Below, piece after piece: positions 52,691 through 63,063 of a DNA stretch of 64,000 nucleotides. Source of the DNA: a virus. The DNA is taken from IMG/VR virus record IMGVR_UViG_3300019487_000017, one strand, 5' to 3'. A model generated the notes under the pieces. The model was not told where the DNA came from and did no database searches. It worked only from the letters and a program-made list of their open reading frames with translations. Both the position numbers and the translations under genes were made by a program. Every line of letters starts with the position of its first letter. The stretch's first letter is position 1.

Positions 52691-53851
52691 CTTCCCATTA
52701 AACAAAATCATGACAAGACGAGAATTTAACCACATCCTGACCCAGGAACGAAATACGCTGCTTGAAAGAATCGCTAATGAAGGTTTTTATTATCGCAAAG
52801 AAAAGCGATATGACGCCACAACCTGGGATATTAACAACGGTTATTGTGATGAATTTGCACAATCCGTTTTTGATAGATTAGGTGGCGAAACCGATAAAAT
52901 GTACGGTATTTGGCTACATGATATCGGTGAATTTCAAAAACAAATGGAAGGATGCGGAGAACACTATGTAATTTTCTACAACCAAAAATACTATGATGCT
53001 GAATGTATTGGGGGTGTAGATAATCCGTTATTTCTCCCGTTTTACCTTAACAAATATAAAACCCGCGAACAAGTAATAAAGGAGCGTCAAAATGATTCAA
53101 ATCGATAACTATGATTCTCAGTTTTTCCGCTATGCCAAGGGGTGGTTTGTTACGTCAGACAATGTAATTGAAGATCTACGCCAAATTTGCGCTTGGCGAT
53201 GGATGATGAATGTTACAGATATTGCTGACTCAACAATCCTGGAAGTACTCCTGATTGTTTTGAATAAAGCAAATCTGTTACAAGAATTGTCACGTACAAG
53301 GAATATCTTGACAATCGTTATGGGCGATCCTTATGGAAAACCCTTTGTAGGAATGCCGCAACGTTCTGTGTATGAACGAACGATTGATATTATTCTTGAT
53401 ATCTTTCGGCATTCTCGTGCCAGCGAAGTCTCTATCACAACTCCTGATCCAAAAACTGGATTGCAATTAACTGAAAATGCTAAACAGCAAATTGCAACCA
53501 GCGGAGCATAACTATGGAACGTAACTGGCTCTCAATTGGTAAAGAAGTTGTTGATCAAATTGGACAGGACAAAATCCTACACGCTATTAGTAACATCCAA
53601 TTTAGCAGCGATAGGAAGAAACAATATAGTTTTACAGAAGGATACGCACTGAGAGGCATTATTGATAATTATTTTCATCAAAATGTCTTGTCAATTGGTA
53701 TCGGTTATGATGTTGCCCCGTATTCTTTGCTTGCTATTGAAGCAAGTTATGCAAACGGCACAAGTAAAACGTATTTTGTTGAAATCAATGATGTTGTAAC
53801 TCCTGTTGTCAGCGATTTCTTTCCAAAATGCTGAAGAAAGGACAAAACAAA

Positions 53852-54187
53852 ATGGATATGAAGGCATTTTTGAAAGAAGTAGTTTTGTTGACTAGCGATT
53901 CTGGATTGAGCCACGATTCTCGTGTTTTTGCACTCGATGAACTGTTGAAATTTAATTCTGTTCAACCTAATGGGATTACGGCGGTTGTTAATAACAATGA
54001 GTACATAATTCCTTATCCGAATTATATTACAATCCGCGAGCTCCTGCTACGAGATAGGCTAATCCAAGCTATCAAGGAATTCAGGACAGTTACAGGCTTG
54101 GGCCTGAAGGAAAGCAAGGACTGGGTTGAAAATTTACGAGACAAGGAAAATCTGCGTATTATCCCTGACGACAGACGAACTTACTAA
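53852..54187 (+). CDS. Protein with a ribosomal bL12 (L7/L12) C-terminal-like motif
   Basis: IQAIKEFRTVTGLGLKESKDWVE. Confidence 0.75.
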   Translation: MDMKAFLKEVVLLTSDSGLSHDSRVFALDELLKFNSVQPNGITAVVNNNEYIIPYPNYITIRELLLRDRLIQAIKEFRTVTGLGLKESKDWVENLRDKENLRIIPDDRRTY

Positions 54188-54194
54188 TCCTCAC

Positions 54195-54305
54195 GGCGGC
54201 TGCTCCCCGCCAATCCCCTGTTTGTAACGGTCGGCTCCCCGTTATAAACACAATTAAGCATAGCGCTATCGTAGTTGCTCCCTACGGTAGCGCTATGCTT
54301 TTTTT
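54195..54305 (+). ncRNA. Triple-hairpin sRNA candidate with GCTCC loops; the last hairpin is a terminator
   Basis: Three stems with loops CTGCTCC, TCGGCTCC and TTGCTCC, then a T-tract. Confidence 0.65.
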
Positions 54306-54572
54306 CTCCCGATAAAACCCCTTTCATGGTATATCCACTATGAACGATAATACATGCACACCGTACAAAAACCGCTATGTTACCCTAAAGGGAGAACCTT
54401 TTCCTATCGGTAAACTCGGTTTGATACTCCAGACAAGGGGAGTCCTGGATTTCAAATATGAAACGGATGATACTGTTTATTATGAGGTTAATCCTAATCA
54501 TTCAGAAGAAAAAGTATTATCCTTGATATCCAGTTTGGCAGCGGATCTAACTAACATTTAGTAGGAGCATAA

Positions 54573-54800
54573 ATGAGTAGAGCCAATTTGCCAGATGTTG
54601 GCAATAAAGAAAACCCTATTCCATTTGTGAAACGTGGTTCACTTGTGGGATATCGTGAAAATGGTTTTTGGTATTTGAAAAACCCTGAAATAAAAAGCGG
54701 TTTCTTCTCCGGCTGGATTCGTCAAACCGACCCATATTCGGCAGTCGAGTTTGATAACGAATATTTAGAACGGAGCAAAAATGAGCCAGACACGCAATGA
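54573..54800 (+). CDS. Hypothetical protein, paralog of the C-terminal half of 54781-55185
   Basis: PDVG--NP...YR--G-WY...DNEY shared. Confidence 0.7.
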   Translation: MSRANLPDVGNKENPIPFVKRGSLVGYRENGFWYLKNPEIKSGFFSGWIRQTDPYSAVEFDNEYLERSKNEPDTQ

Positions 54801-55185
54801 AATCGGTCAGCAAATTATAATCGAGGGGCAATACGAGGAATTCTACCAAAAGGGTGATGCAAGGGGTAATGGTAAGAATTCATACATGCAAGGTTGGCAC
54901 AAAAATCGCCGCCTTGAGATCCAGAGGGTCTATGATCGTCTGGTTGAAGAATGTATTCAACGGAATTTAGACCGTAGAAACATTCCAGATGTTGGTTCGG
55001 AAACGAATCCCGTATTGTTTCATCCTGTTTGTCCAATTGATTTGTCATTTTTCTATTATCGGAAAGACGGTAATTGGTATCGGAAAAGTGCATATCAAAC
55101 CAACTCCAGTTGGCTTTGTATCACCTATGGTCCTGCATTAGAGGACTTGGATAACGAATACTCAAGACAACGGAGCATAGCATGA
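54781..55185 (+). CDS. Hypothetical protein, paralog of 54573-54800
   Basis: Same shared motif. Confidence 0.7.
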   Translation: MSQTRNEIGQQIIIEGQYEEFYQKGDARGNGKNSYMQGWHKNRRLEIQRVYDRLVEECIQRNLDRRNIPDVGSETNPVLFHPVCPIDLSFFYYRKDGNWYRKSAYQTNSSWLCITYGPALEDLDNEYSRQRSIA

Positions 55186-55959
55186 GCCAGCGTATTCTTA
55201 AGAACTATCTGTTTTATTACAATGGTTCATTCGTCACGGAACAATTCGGATACGATGCAAACCATGCTAGGCGTATCATACGATATAATATTGATTCTGT
55301 TCCTGGCATAGTTTGCGGTAATCATTTACCTTGTGACTTCAGAAGAAAAGTGTATTTTTCTGATGCAAAAGAAATGGTTATGCCTGATGCTGAAGGCGTA
55401 GAACGCCGCACCAGAGAATGCGTTGATAAACTCAATGCAGAGAAAATCGAACGAGCAAAGCATTGTCGCAATGAAGCGGCTCTCCTGAGAGTATTCGGTT
55501 TTGTACAATGCTGCCTGGATCTTTAATTGGAGCAAAAAATGGAATTACCAGAATACCTACCTGATGAAACAAGTGGAGACTATCGTGTGCGGAATAATCT
55601 CCCCTATGTTTACACTCCATTCTTTCCATATCCATCATATGGAAGGCACACAGATGTTTTGACAGGACCAGGCACTGGACAAATTGACTGGCAAAAAGAA
55701 CTCCAGGATAAATTCCCCACTGTTATCCTATATCCATACGAATCATTGCAAGTCAGTCTCTCAAATGAATCTTTATTTATTTTATTCCAAAATGAAACAC
55801 AGGTTCACGAACTGGCACGACAATGGATAGTGCAACACTGTCTTGCGTATGGTAAAAATCATGCAGAAAAAGTGACGCCTACGGTAGATGAACTCCTGAG
55901 CTATTATCTTAGCGCAAAAAACATATTCAGAATCGATCATCCTTGAGCTTGGAGCAATA

Positions 55960-56568
55960 ATGTCAATCTATGCAATCGGTGATATTCATAGAAATATCCC
56001 TACTTATGAAAAGATTTGTAAGAATCTTCATAAAGTAGATGAGAATGTCATTACGATTCAGGTTGGCGATGTTGGCATTGGCTTTGAAGGTGTTGAAATG
56101 CCTAGCCTTCATGCTAATGATTATTTTATTGCGGGCAATCATGATGATGCTGAAAAATGCAAGTTACACCCTAATTGTTTAGGCGATTACGGTGTTAAAG
56201 AATTTGACGGGAAAACAGTCTTCTACCTCCGGGGCGCATACAGTACAGACAGAGATATGCGAATCCCTGGTATTAGTTGGTGGGAATATGAAGAACTGAA
56301 CTATGAACAACTTTGTAATGCTATCAAATTATATGATGAAAGCCGTCCAGACATTGTAATTACTCACGATTGTCCAACAATTGCGAGAACTAAAATGTTT
56401 GGTTATAGGCACAGCGGACGAACAGTGCCAGCATTGCAAAATATGTTTGAAATCCATCAACCTCCTGTTTGGGCGTTTGGACATCATCATCGTCAACTGC
56501 ATACGAGCATTTACGGGACTTATTTTTATTGCATTGGCGAAATGCAGAATAAAAAGATTTCCCCTTAA
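55960..56568 (+). CDS. Calcineurin-like metallophosphoesterase
   Basis: GDIH, GDVG, GNHD, ITHDCP, FGHHH. Confidence 0.92.
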   Translation: MSIYAIGDIHRNIPTYEKICKNLHKVDENVITIQVGDVGIGFEGVEMPSLHANDYFIAGNHDDAEKCKLHPNCLGDYGVKEFDGKTVFYLRGAYSTDRDMRIPGISWWEYEELNYEQLCNAIKLYDESRPDIVITHDCPTIARTKMFGYRHSGRTVPALQNMFEIHQPPVWAFGHHHRQLHTSIYGTYFYCIGEMQNKKISP

Positions 56569-58320
56569 AGGAGCATACTAATGACAGAGGCGATTGTTTT
56601 TGTTCGTAAACGCGGTGCGATTGGTATCTTTGAACGTCAAACCTTCCCTATCAAGGAAATTTTGCCTGGCGAAAATATTTGTCAAGCATTCATTCGTCAA
56701 TACGGTGAGCAATGGGAACTTGGTCGCTTTTGTCAATTGTCGATGAAAGACAACCCATATTTCCAGGCTTATCAAGCCGAATTGAAAGGGTAAAATATGA
56801 AATTGTGGAGCGTCAACGCGAAATTAGGAACGATGCGAAAGGTTGTTGATTGGAGCGTTTACCCTAAGCCAACAAATGTTGGCGATGATTATCATTATGT
56901 ATTGATTCAATCTGACAATCGTATTTGTAGGATTGATTTGAATACTAAGAAGGGAATTTTAAGCGCTCATTGCCCGAATGGTGCTTATCATTATCACCTC
57001 CTGCAAAATACAACCGAAGTTGATATTCCACAGGACTTGATGGATCAAATCCTTCAAGTAAGACCGAAAAGCGGCGATAGTATGGTTGTCAATGGAACAA
57101 CTGTCATGCGTATAGGATAAGGAAATAACAATGTTTTCCCCTAAAACGTTTTCGGCTGGGGCATTTACTTTGCTGGGTATAATCTGGGGCAAGAGCAATT
57201 GGATTAACGTTTTTATTAAGGCAGGATTCTTTGGAATGGCTGTCTGGGGTGTTTATATCATCCTACATAACTAGCTCCTGAATACCAGAAAAGCAAAAGA
57301 GGGTATATGAGTCAACATACCATTACCATCTCTGAACAACAATTCTATCGAGAGGTTGTTGAATTTCGTAAAATTATGTGCAGCAAAAAGTATTGGAATA
57401 ATGGAGAACCTATTCCCATACTTGAAAAAGCCTTTCAAACCCTCACCTCCTGCTATTTTGCCTGTACCAACAGTCAAAAAGTAGAACCTGTCTATCAAGC
57501 AACTGTAAATGAATTTAGCAGACGACAAATAATGCTAAGTTTGAAACAGCATTAAGAAAATTACAAGCCTCCTGATTTTTTCGCGCTCCAAAAATAAACA
57601 TGAAAGGAGCAAAATCATGTTTGAAGATGATGAATTTGACCAGTCTTCACCAGATGAACCAAAAACCGGGCTACTAAGTAAAATTGTCTTTTATCCACAT
57701 GATATGTACACCGCAGATTATGTAATCGGGTATATCATTGGCGCAAATGAACATCATTGCGATATTCTGGTAGACCACGATTTCCGAGTTATTCGCGGTG
57801 TTCCTATCCATAAAGTCCAACGGATAAAAGTATGAACGGTAAACCGGAACATTGGAAACAGCAAAATGCTATTGACCAATTTACAGTATTACGTTTTGCG
57901 CTTGATGGTCATTTAATCAATTTTGAAATGAACATCATTGATAAAAAGACTTTCATCGAAAAAGCACAAACGTTAATTGATGAAATGCACCTTTTAGACC
58001 CTTATCTAAAAGGTAAAAAGTGGTAAATCTCCCAACCCCAAAAAGAAAGATACAATAATGAGTCAACCCTACGTTAATAACGGGCCTGTCACAACGTATC
58101 GTCAACTTAGGGATGCGATCAACCTAATGAATGATGAACAGATGGATTCAAACATAACTGTTCAAGAAGCGCAAGAAGATGATTTAGATGAGTTTTATCC
58201 AGCAGAACTCCGAATTATTAGGGAAACTGATGTGCTGGATGAAAATCATCCAGTTATCTATATCCCGTTGTAACCTCCTGATTAACAACACAAAACAAAT
58301 AAAAACAAAGGAGCAAAACA

Positions 58321-58533
58321 ATGGCATACACCGAAACGAATTTCAAGACGAAAAAGGCACTCAAAGAAGCTGTCGCAAAGGGCGAAGAAGTCCGATGCTT
58401 CCAACCAGGACTTGGACCTGATCTCTCCAATTTCTCCGGCAGAGTCTCACTCGAAGGACCACACTTCCCCAAACCGCATACTTGGTATGCAAGCGCGACA
58501 CTCGAAAATGGCAAGGTTGTAAAGGTTTCGTAA
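58321..58533 (+). CDS. Small conserved phage protein
   Basis: KTKKALKEAV...GPHFPKPHTWYA; AAGGAG RBS. Confidence 0.7.
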   Translation: MAYTETNFKTKKALKEAVAKGEEVRCFQPGLGPDLSNFSGRVSLEGPHFPKPHTWYASATLENGKVVKVS

Positions 58534-59737
58534 CATGATAGAGCAAGCCGTAATAGAGCGAAGGATTAAAGAAAAAGCACGAGAATTGGCACTTGAACAT
58601 TATCATAATCCAACGTCACAGGATTTACTCCTGATTGAAATCATCCTTCGTCATGGTTGGATAATGGCAGTCAACGAATACAACAGCGAAACAATCGAAT
58701 TGGAGCAAAATCATGAAGAAATGGAATCGTTACAACCAGGCAACCCGTTGACCCAGGATATGTATCATATGGCAACAAACATCGGCTCAAATGTTTGTAT
58801 ACTGTCCGCAAAACGGCAAGCGTATCAAGGTCCACCTCCAGGACTAATTATTTCTTCAAATAACAACGTCTAACAAACGGAGTAAGTTATATGAAGAATC
58901 GCGGGATATACGGAACAAACGACGGTTCATACAATCGCGGCGGAAAAGATGGCGGAGCAGCCATTGCTACCGAACGATTTGCAGATGCCGCTGTCGATGA
59001 TGGCGAAAATATCAAAACCTTCCAGCGAATGCTGAAAGAAAAAGACTGGGCAAACCTTGAAAAATTCTCCCAGAAACTTCGACAACAAGGTTATGCTCAA
59101 TTCCGCGTCGAAAGCATGATGCGAAGCGCAACAGTAGGAGTAAGATTCTAAGCCTCCTGACCTTGCCTTAAACAAAAACACCAGCATGATGAATACAACG
59201 TTACAAACAGCGTTTCTTGATTACTTCAACAATTATCTGACGGTCGAAAAGTATGCGGAGCATAATCAACTTACAGTTGAACAAGCCCAAAAACTGATCG
59301 ACCTGGGGCGAGAGGTTCACGAAGATATTGTGAAATTGCACAAAGAAATTGCTGCAATTCCAAAAATATAGTCTCCTGAACCCACGACAGTCTCAATGAA
59401 GGTTGTTGCCAATGGGGGCAACAAAACAATGGAGCCAGTCATGAGCCTTACTGTTGCGGACTATATCGAAATCAACGAACGTCGCGCCCAACTCGAAGCG
59501 GCAATGGAAGCCGAATGCGACCATCTTGTATCAACCCAAACACGAGTGCGTAGGGAATGCGGTTCGCCCCTCCTGAACTCCAAGGGGTTTGGACATCGTA
59601 CCATCGGCGCAAAGCAACATGGCAAAGTAGCGATGCCAGTTCGGGGCAGCGGATATGGACGCTACGATGCCGAACGCCTATGGCGGCGACAGACTGCCGC
59701 AGTTTAAGCCTGACACTTTACAATTGAATAGCAAGAC

Positions 59738-59770
59738 AACCTCTCCTGAGAAGGGAGAGGTTTTTTATTT
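59738..59770 (+). terminator. Terminator ending the long + strand cluster
   Basis: AACCTCTCC/GGAGAGGTT plus T-tract. Confidence 0.75.
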
Positions 59771-60121
59771 TCTATGAAAGGATCTTTTATTCAGATGGAA
59801 TAGATCTTTCTCTCCTGAATAGAGCAGTACCCCAATTAAGGGATTCCTTAAATGCATACCCCACTACCCCTCGGCGGGTTTTTATAAATAACCCTTGGAG
59901 TCCCAAAAAGGTACACCGCCGTGACGGGGGCCTTCCCCCAACGTGATTCTTTCCTATAAAGTAACGTCCCTAAAAATCATAAAGATCTATAATATGGGTT
60001 CCCTAAAAGGATACCCCTTTTTGTGTAAAAATATATGCGCAGGAAAACGACCCTTAAAAAAGACCCCCTATGTTTTAAAATGTCTAAAAAAGGATACCCT
60101 TTTCCAGAAGCCATATATACG

Positions 60122-60496
60122 CTAGCCCTGCATCAAAGCTAATCCCCATGTTACTTTAAGATCTTCTTTATACAATCGTTCAGCAAGCCATTTATATATG
60201 TTCGTTTCTTGAATGGCTAGAACATCTGCTGCAAAGGTAGATGGGACATCAAAAGGTTTATCGTGCATATTGTCCCATAATTCTTCGCGACTGATAGGGC
60301 AACGATAATCGACTCTAAATGGTCCTGTCATTTGCCAGAAAGAGATAACATCAGTTTCGCTAGAGTTCCAAATCATCCAGTCTTTGCCTGGAAGGGAGTC
60401 TATGGATATGCTGTCTTCCATTTCATTGCATAACTCAAATGCATTTTTATCACATTTTGCATCAATTCGATAACCAATAACATACATGTTGTCCAT
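60122..60496 (-). CDS. Hypothetical protein
   Basis: 124-aa ORF with a GAGGA RBS on the minus strand. Confidence 0.7.
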   Translation of the reverse strand: MDNMYVIGYRIDAKCDKNAFELCNEMEDSISIDSLPGKDWMIWNSSETDVISFWQMTGPFRVDYRCPISREELWDNMHDKPFDVPSTFAADVLAIQETNIYKWLAERLYKEDLKVTWGLALMQG

Positions 60497-60508
60497 AACG
60501 ATCCTCGT

Positions 60509-60811
60509 TTATAGGTATTCTTTTGCTTCGTCTGTTGTGAGAAGTTGGAGATTTTCAAGGTTACGGTGTCTGAATAGATCTTTGACATCTGTTAAGGTTA
60601 GTTCGTCTCCATTGTTTGCGATTGCATGGTTGATGATGCATTTCGTTTGCATGTCAATGAGTAGGATTTGGGTGCGGTAATCTCTACGGTTAGCGTATCC
60701 GTATGAGGCTATCATATAAAGTTTTTTCTGTTTTGTATCATAGACATAGTTGCCTACGCTCATTGACGTTCTATAAAACTCTGTGACTTGTCTCATAAGA
60801 TGGTTCCACAA
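60509..60811 (-). CDS. Hypothetical protein
   Basis: 100-aa ORF co-oriented with 60122-60496. Confidence 0.55.
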   Translation of the reverse strand: MWNHLMRQVTEFYRTSMSVGNYVYDTKQKKLYMIASYGYANRRDYRTQILLIDMQTKCIINHAIANNGDELTLTDVKDLFRHRNLENLQLLTTDEAKEYL

Positions 60812-60920
60812 GGCTATAAAATAAAGAAATAAAGCATTTATACTGTTTTAATGAGTCAGAAGGCATTTCTGGAGGGATAAGCGTTAAATCCTATTTAGAA
60901 TGGATGACGAATGATAATAT

Positions 60921-61316
60921 ATGAAAGAGATTAAGGAATACATTCACATGAAAAATGACATATACTTTTTAGATGATGAGACGTTACGGACAATCATTTT
61001 TTTGAGAGCATACCCAGACGCAAAGACTGCAGAAACAGCGGATCAGATGATAGAATTGCTTGCAAACGCTGAGCAGCCAATCAAATACATTTTTTTAGAT
61101 CACGATCTGGATCATGATGGATATGATGAGAAGCAGATTAAGGGTACAGGGATGGAAGTTGTTGAATGGTTAGAGCAACACAAACCGCAAGTGTACAAAA
61201 TAATTGTTCATTCCAGAAATGGGTATGCAGGTCCAAAAATGGCACAACGTCTTGCTAATGCGGGGTTTAACGTTTGGCTAATGCCGTTCTTCGATATCAA
61301 ACTACCATTAGAATAA
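60921..61316 (+). CDS. Stand-alone receiver-like domain (cyclic-phosphate-processing type)
   Basis: FLDD...R, FLDHDL, GTGMEVVEWL, IVHSRN. Confidence 0.75.
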   Translation: MKEIKEYIHMKNDIYFLDDETLRTIIFLRAYPDAKTAETADQMIELLANAEQPIKYIFLDHDLDHDGYDEKQIKGTGMEVVEWLEQHKPQVYKIIVHSRNGYAGPKMAQRLANAGFNVWLMPFFDIKLPLE

Positions 61317-61350
61317 TGAGAGTGTGAAATATTTCACTAAGTCTATAGAT

Positions 61351-61899
61351 TTATGTGTGTTTCTTTTTGAGGGAACCGCATTTACAGCCTTGAGTGAAGA
61401 TGGTTTGTTTGCTGCAAATACATTGAGCATTTTGAGGTGTATTATTGTGGAGTTTTGCATATTGAAAGTATGCTGCATGTAGGAAGTAATGATCTGGATG
61501 TTCATGTTGAAGTATATGTATAAGTTCATCATTTTCATTAACAGCAAACCAAGTATACAATTGATTGAATGAATCAAACTTTTGTTGTACATTTTGCATT
61601 TCTTTAAGATAATCGCCTTCAAACCAAAACGCTTCCTTTTGTAATATCTGTAATGATGGAACAACTTTATGCAATTGCCACGGATCACCGCAGAGGAATA
61701 GATGATCCGGGTCTGCATGAAAGGATGAAGCCTCATACCCATAACTGAGTTGTTTTACGCAACGATATAGATACCATGCCGTAGGACTAATATAAGATGA
61801 AGATGCATAAGACGCTACAAAACCAGCATTACAATCTTTCATGCTAGGGTACATCTGTAATGCCAAATCAGTAGTTTCATAGCGTATCGCAAATTTCAT
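61351..61899 (-). CDS. Hypothetical protein with a C-terminal CxC...CxC
   Basis: 182-aa ORF. Confidence 0.6.
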   Translation of the reverse strand: MKFAIRYETTDLALQMYPSMKDCNAGFVASYASSSYISPTAWYLYRCVKQLSYGYEASSFHADPDHLFLCGDPWQLHKVVPSLQILQKEAFWFEGDYLKEMQNVQQKFDSFNQLYTWFAVNENDELIHILQHEHPDHYFLHAAYFQYAKLHNNTPQNAQCICSKQTIFTQGCKCGSLKKKHT

Positions 61900-61949
61900 A
61901 ATATCTCAACTTAATTTATAAACATTGTGAAATATTTCACTGACCCATG

Positions 61950-62351
61950 TTATTTTTGTTTGACGATTCGGATCATTCTGGTAGCGACATTTGTTCCGCT
62001 TTCTTTAAACGTTCCTGCTTCTATGGATTCGTTGTCGCACATATGTTGTTTGAGGAAGTTTTGGAAGGCAACTGCTTTTTTGTCGCTTCTTGTATAGCTA
62101 CCTTCGCCGATGATAGCCACGAGAATACCGTTTGTTTTGAGGAACTTGTAAGCATGTATTACATGTTCGGCATCTTGCCCTGCAGTAAAGGGTGGATTCA
62201 TTAAGACACGATCAATTGTAGGTTTAGGCTCAATTGACAAGAAGTCTTTAGGGCAATCTACTTTTATATTGGGTGTGAGGCTTTCCAAGGTTGTTTTATG
62301 TTCGGGGTCAATCGTAACAAACTTTTGTTTCAATGGGGTTGCAGTTGGCAT
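61950..62351 (-). CDS. N6-adenine methyltransferase fragment (NPPF), apparently lacking motif I
   Basis: DFL, DRVLMNPPF, HV-HAYKFLK-NG-LVAI, FKESGT-V-T. Confidence 0.7.
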   Translation of the reverse strand: MPTATPLKQKFVTIDPEHKTTLESLTPNIKVDCPKDFLSIEPKPTIDRVLMNPPFTAGQDAEHVIHAYKFLKTNGILVAIIGEGSYTRSDKKAVAFQNFLKQHMCDNESIEAGTFKESGTNVATRMIRIVKQK

Positions 62352-62983
62352 TATCGATGTTTTCCTTTTGCTTTGGAGTCTGTTTCATCTATTCCAGTGT
62401 ATTCTAGCCATGCACAGATATCTTCATATTCTGTTGTTATCCCGTCGATGGTTTTCTTTCGTTTGATGGGGCCATTCCAGGCTTTGAAGCGGTAAGGTCC
62501 AAATCCAAGGATATATTTACCATCATCTGTTTTCTCTAGTAGTTTATATGGGCATTGGGCGATATAAACTCTGTCGTCACGTCCTTCTTCCTTTGAAACA
62601 CGTATGTGTTCAAAGGAATCATGTGGTCCTGGTACTTCTATGATTTCATACCAAGGACAGGAGAAAGCGGTTGGTGGTGGATAGGGGAGCGGGTCTTTAC
62701 CGGCGCGGAGTCGCCAGAAGAGACGTGATTTAAGCCAATCAATGTCATTTGGCATGAATAATGTTTTATTTTTATTCTCTAAGAACAGGTTTCTGTATTG
62801 GTCTTCTTCAAATAGTATATAAACCCATGCATTATAGGCTTTTAGGAGGGACAAATCGTGTCGGGTCAGAATTGGATCGCCGTGGTGAGAGCCAACTGGT
62901 TTAGCATCTAATTCTTGCAGTCTTTTTTCTGCATCAAGTGCGCGTGCTTTCCAGTCTTCTAGTGTAAGGTTTTCATCTGTCAT
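62351..62983 (-). CDS. Hypothetical protein
   Basis: 210-aa ORF. Confidence 0.7.
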   Translation of the reverse strand: MTDENLTLEDWKARALDAEKRLQELDAKPVGSHHGDPILTRHDLSLLKAYNAWVYILFEEDQYRNLFLENKNKTLFMPNDIDWLKSRLFWRLRAGKDPLPYPPPTAFSCPWYEIIEVPGPHDSFEHIRVSKEEGRDDRVYIAQCPYKLLEKTDDGKYILGFGPYRFKAWNGPIKRKKTIDGITTEYEDICAWLEYTGIDETDSKAKGKHR

Positions 62984-63063
62984 ATGGATATGCCTATAGG
63001 GAGTAAAAGGGTCTGAACAAAGAAAATATTTTTGCGCGGGGCAAATAAAACTGTTTTAGTTGT

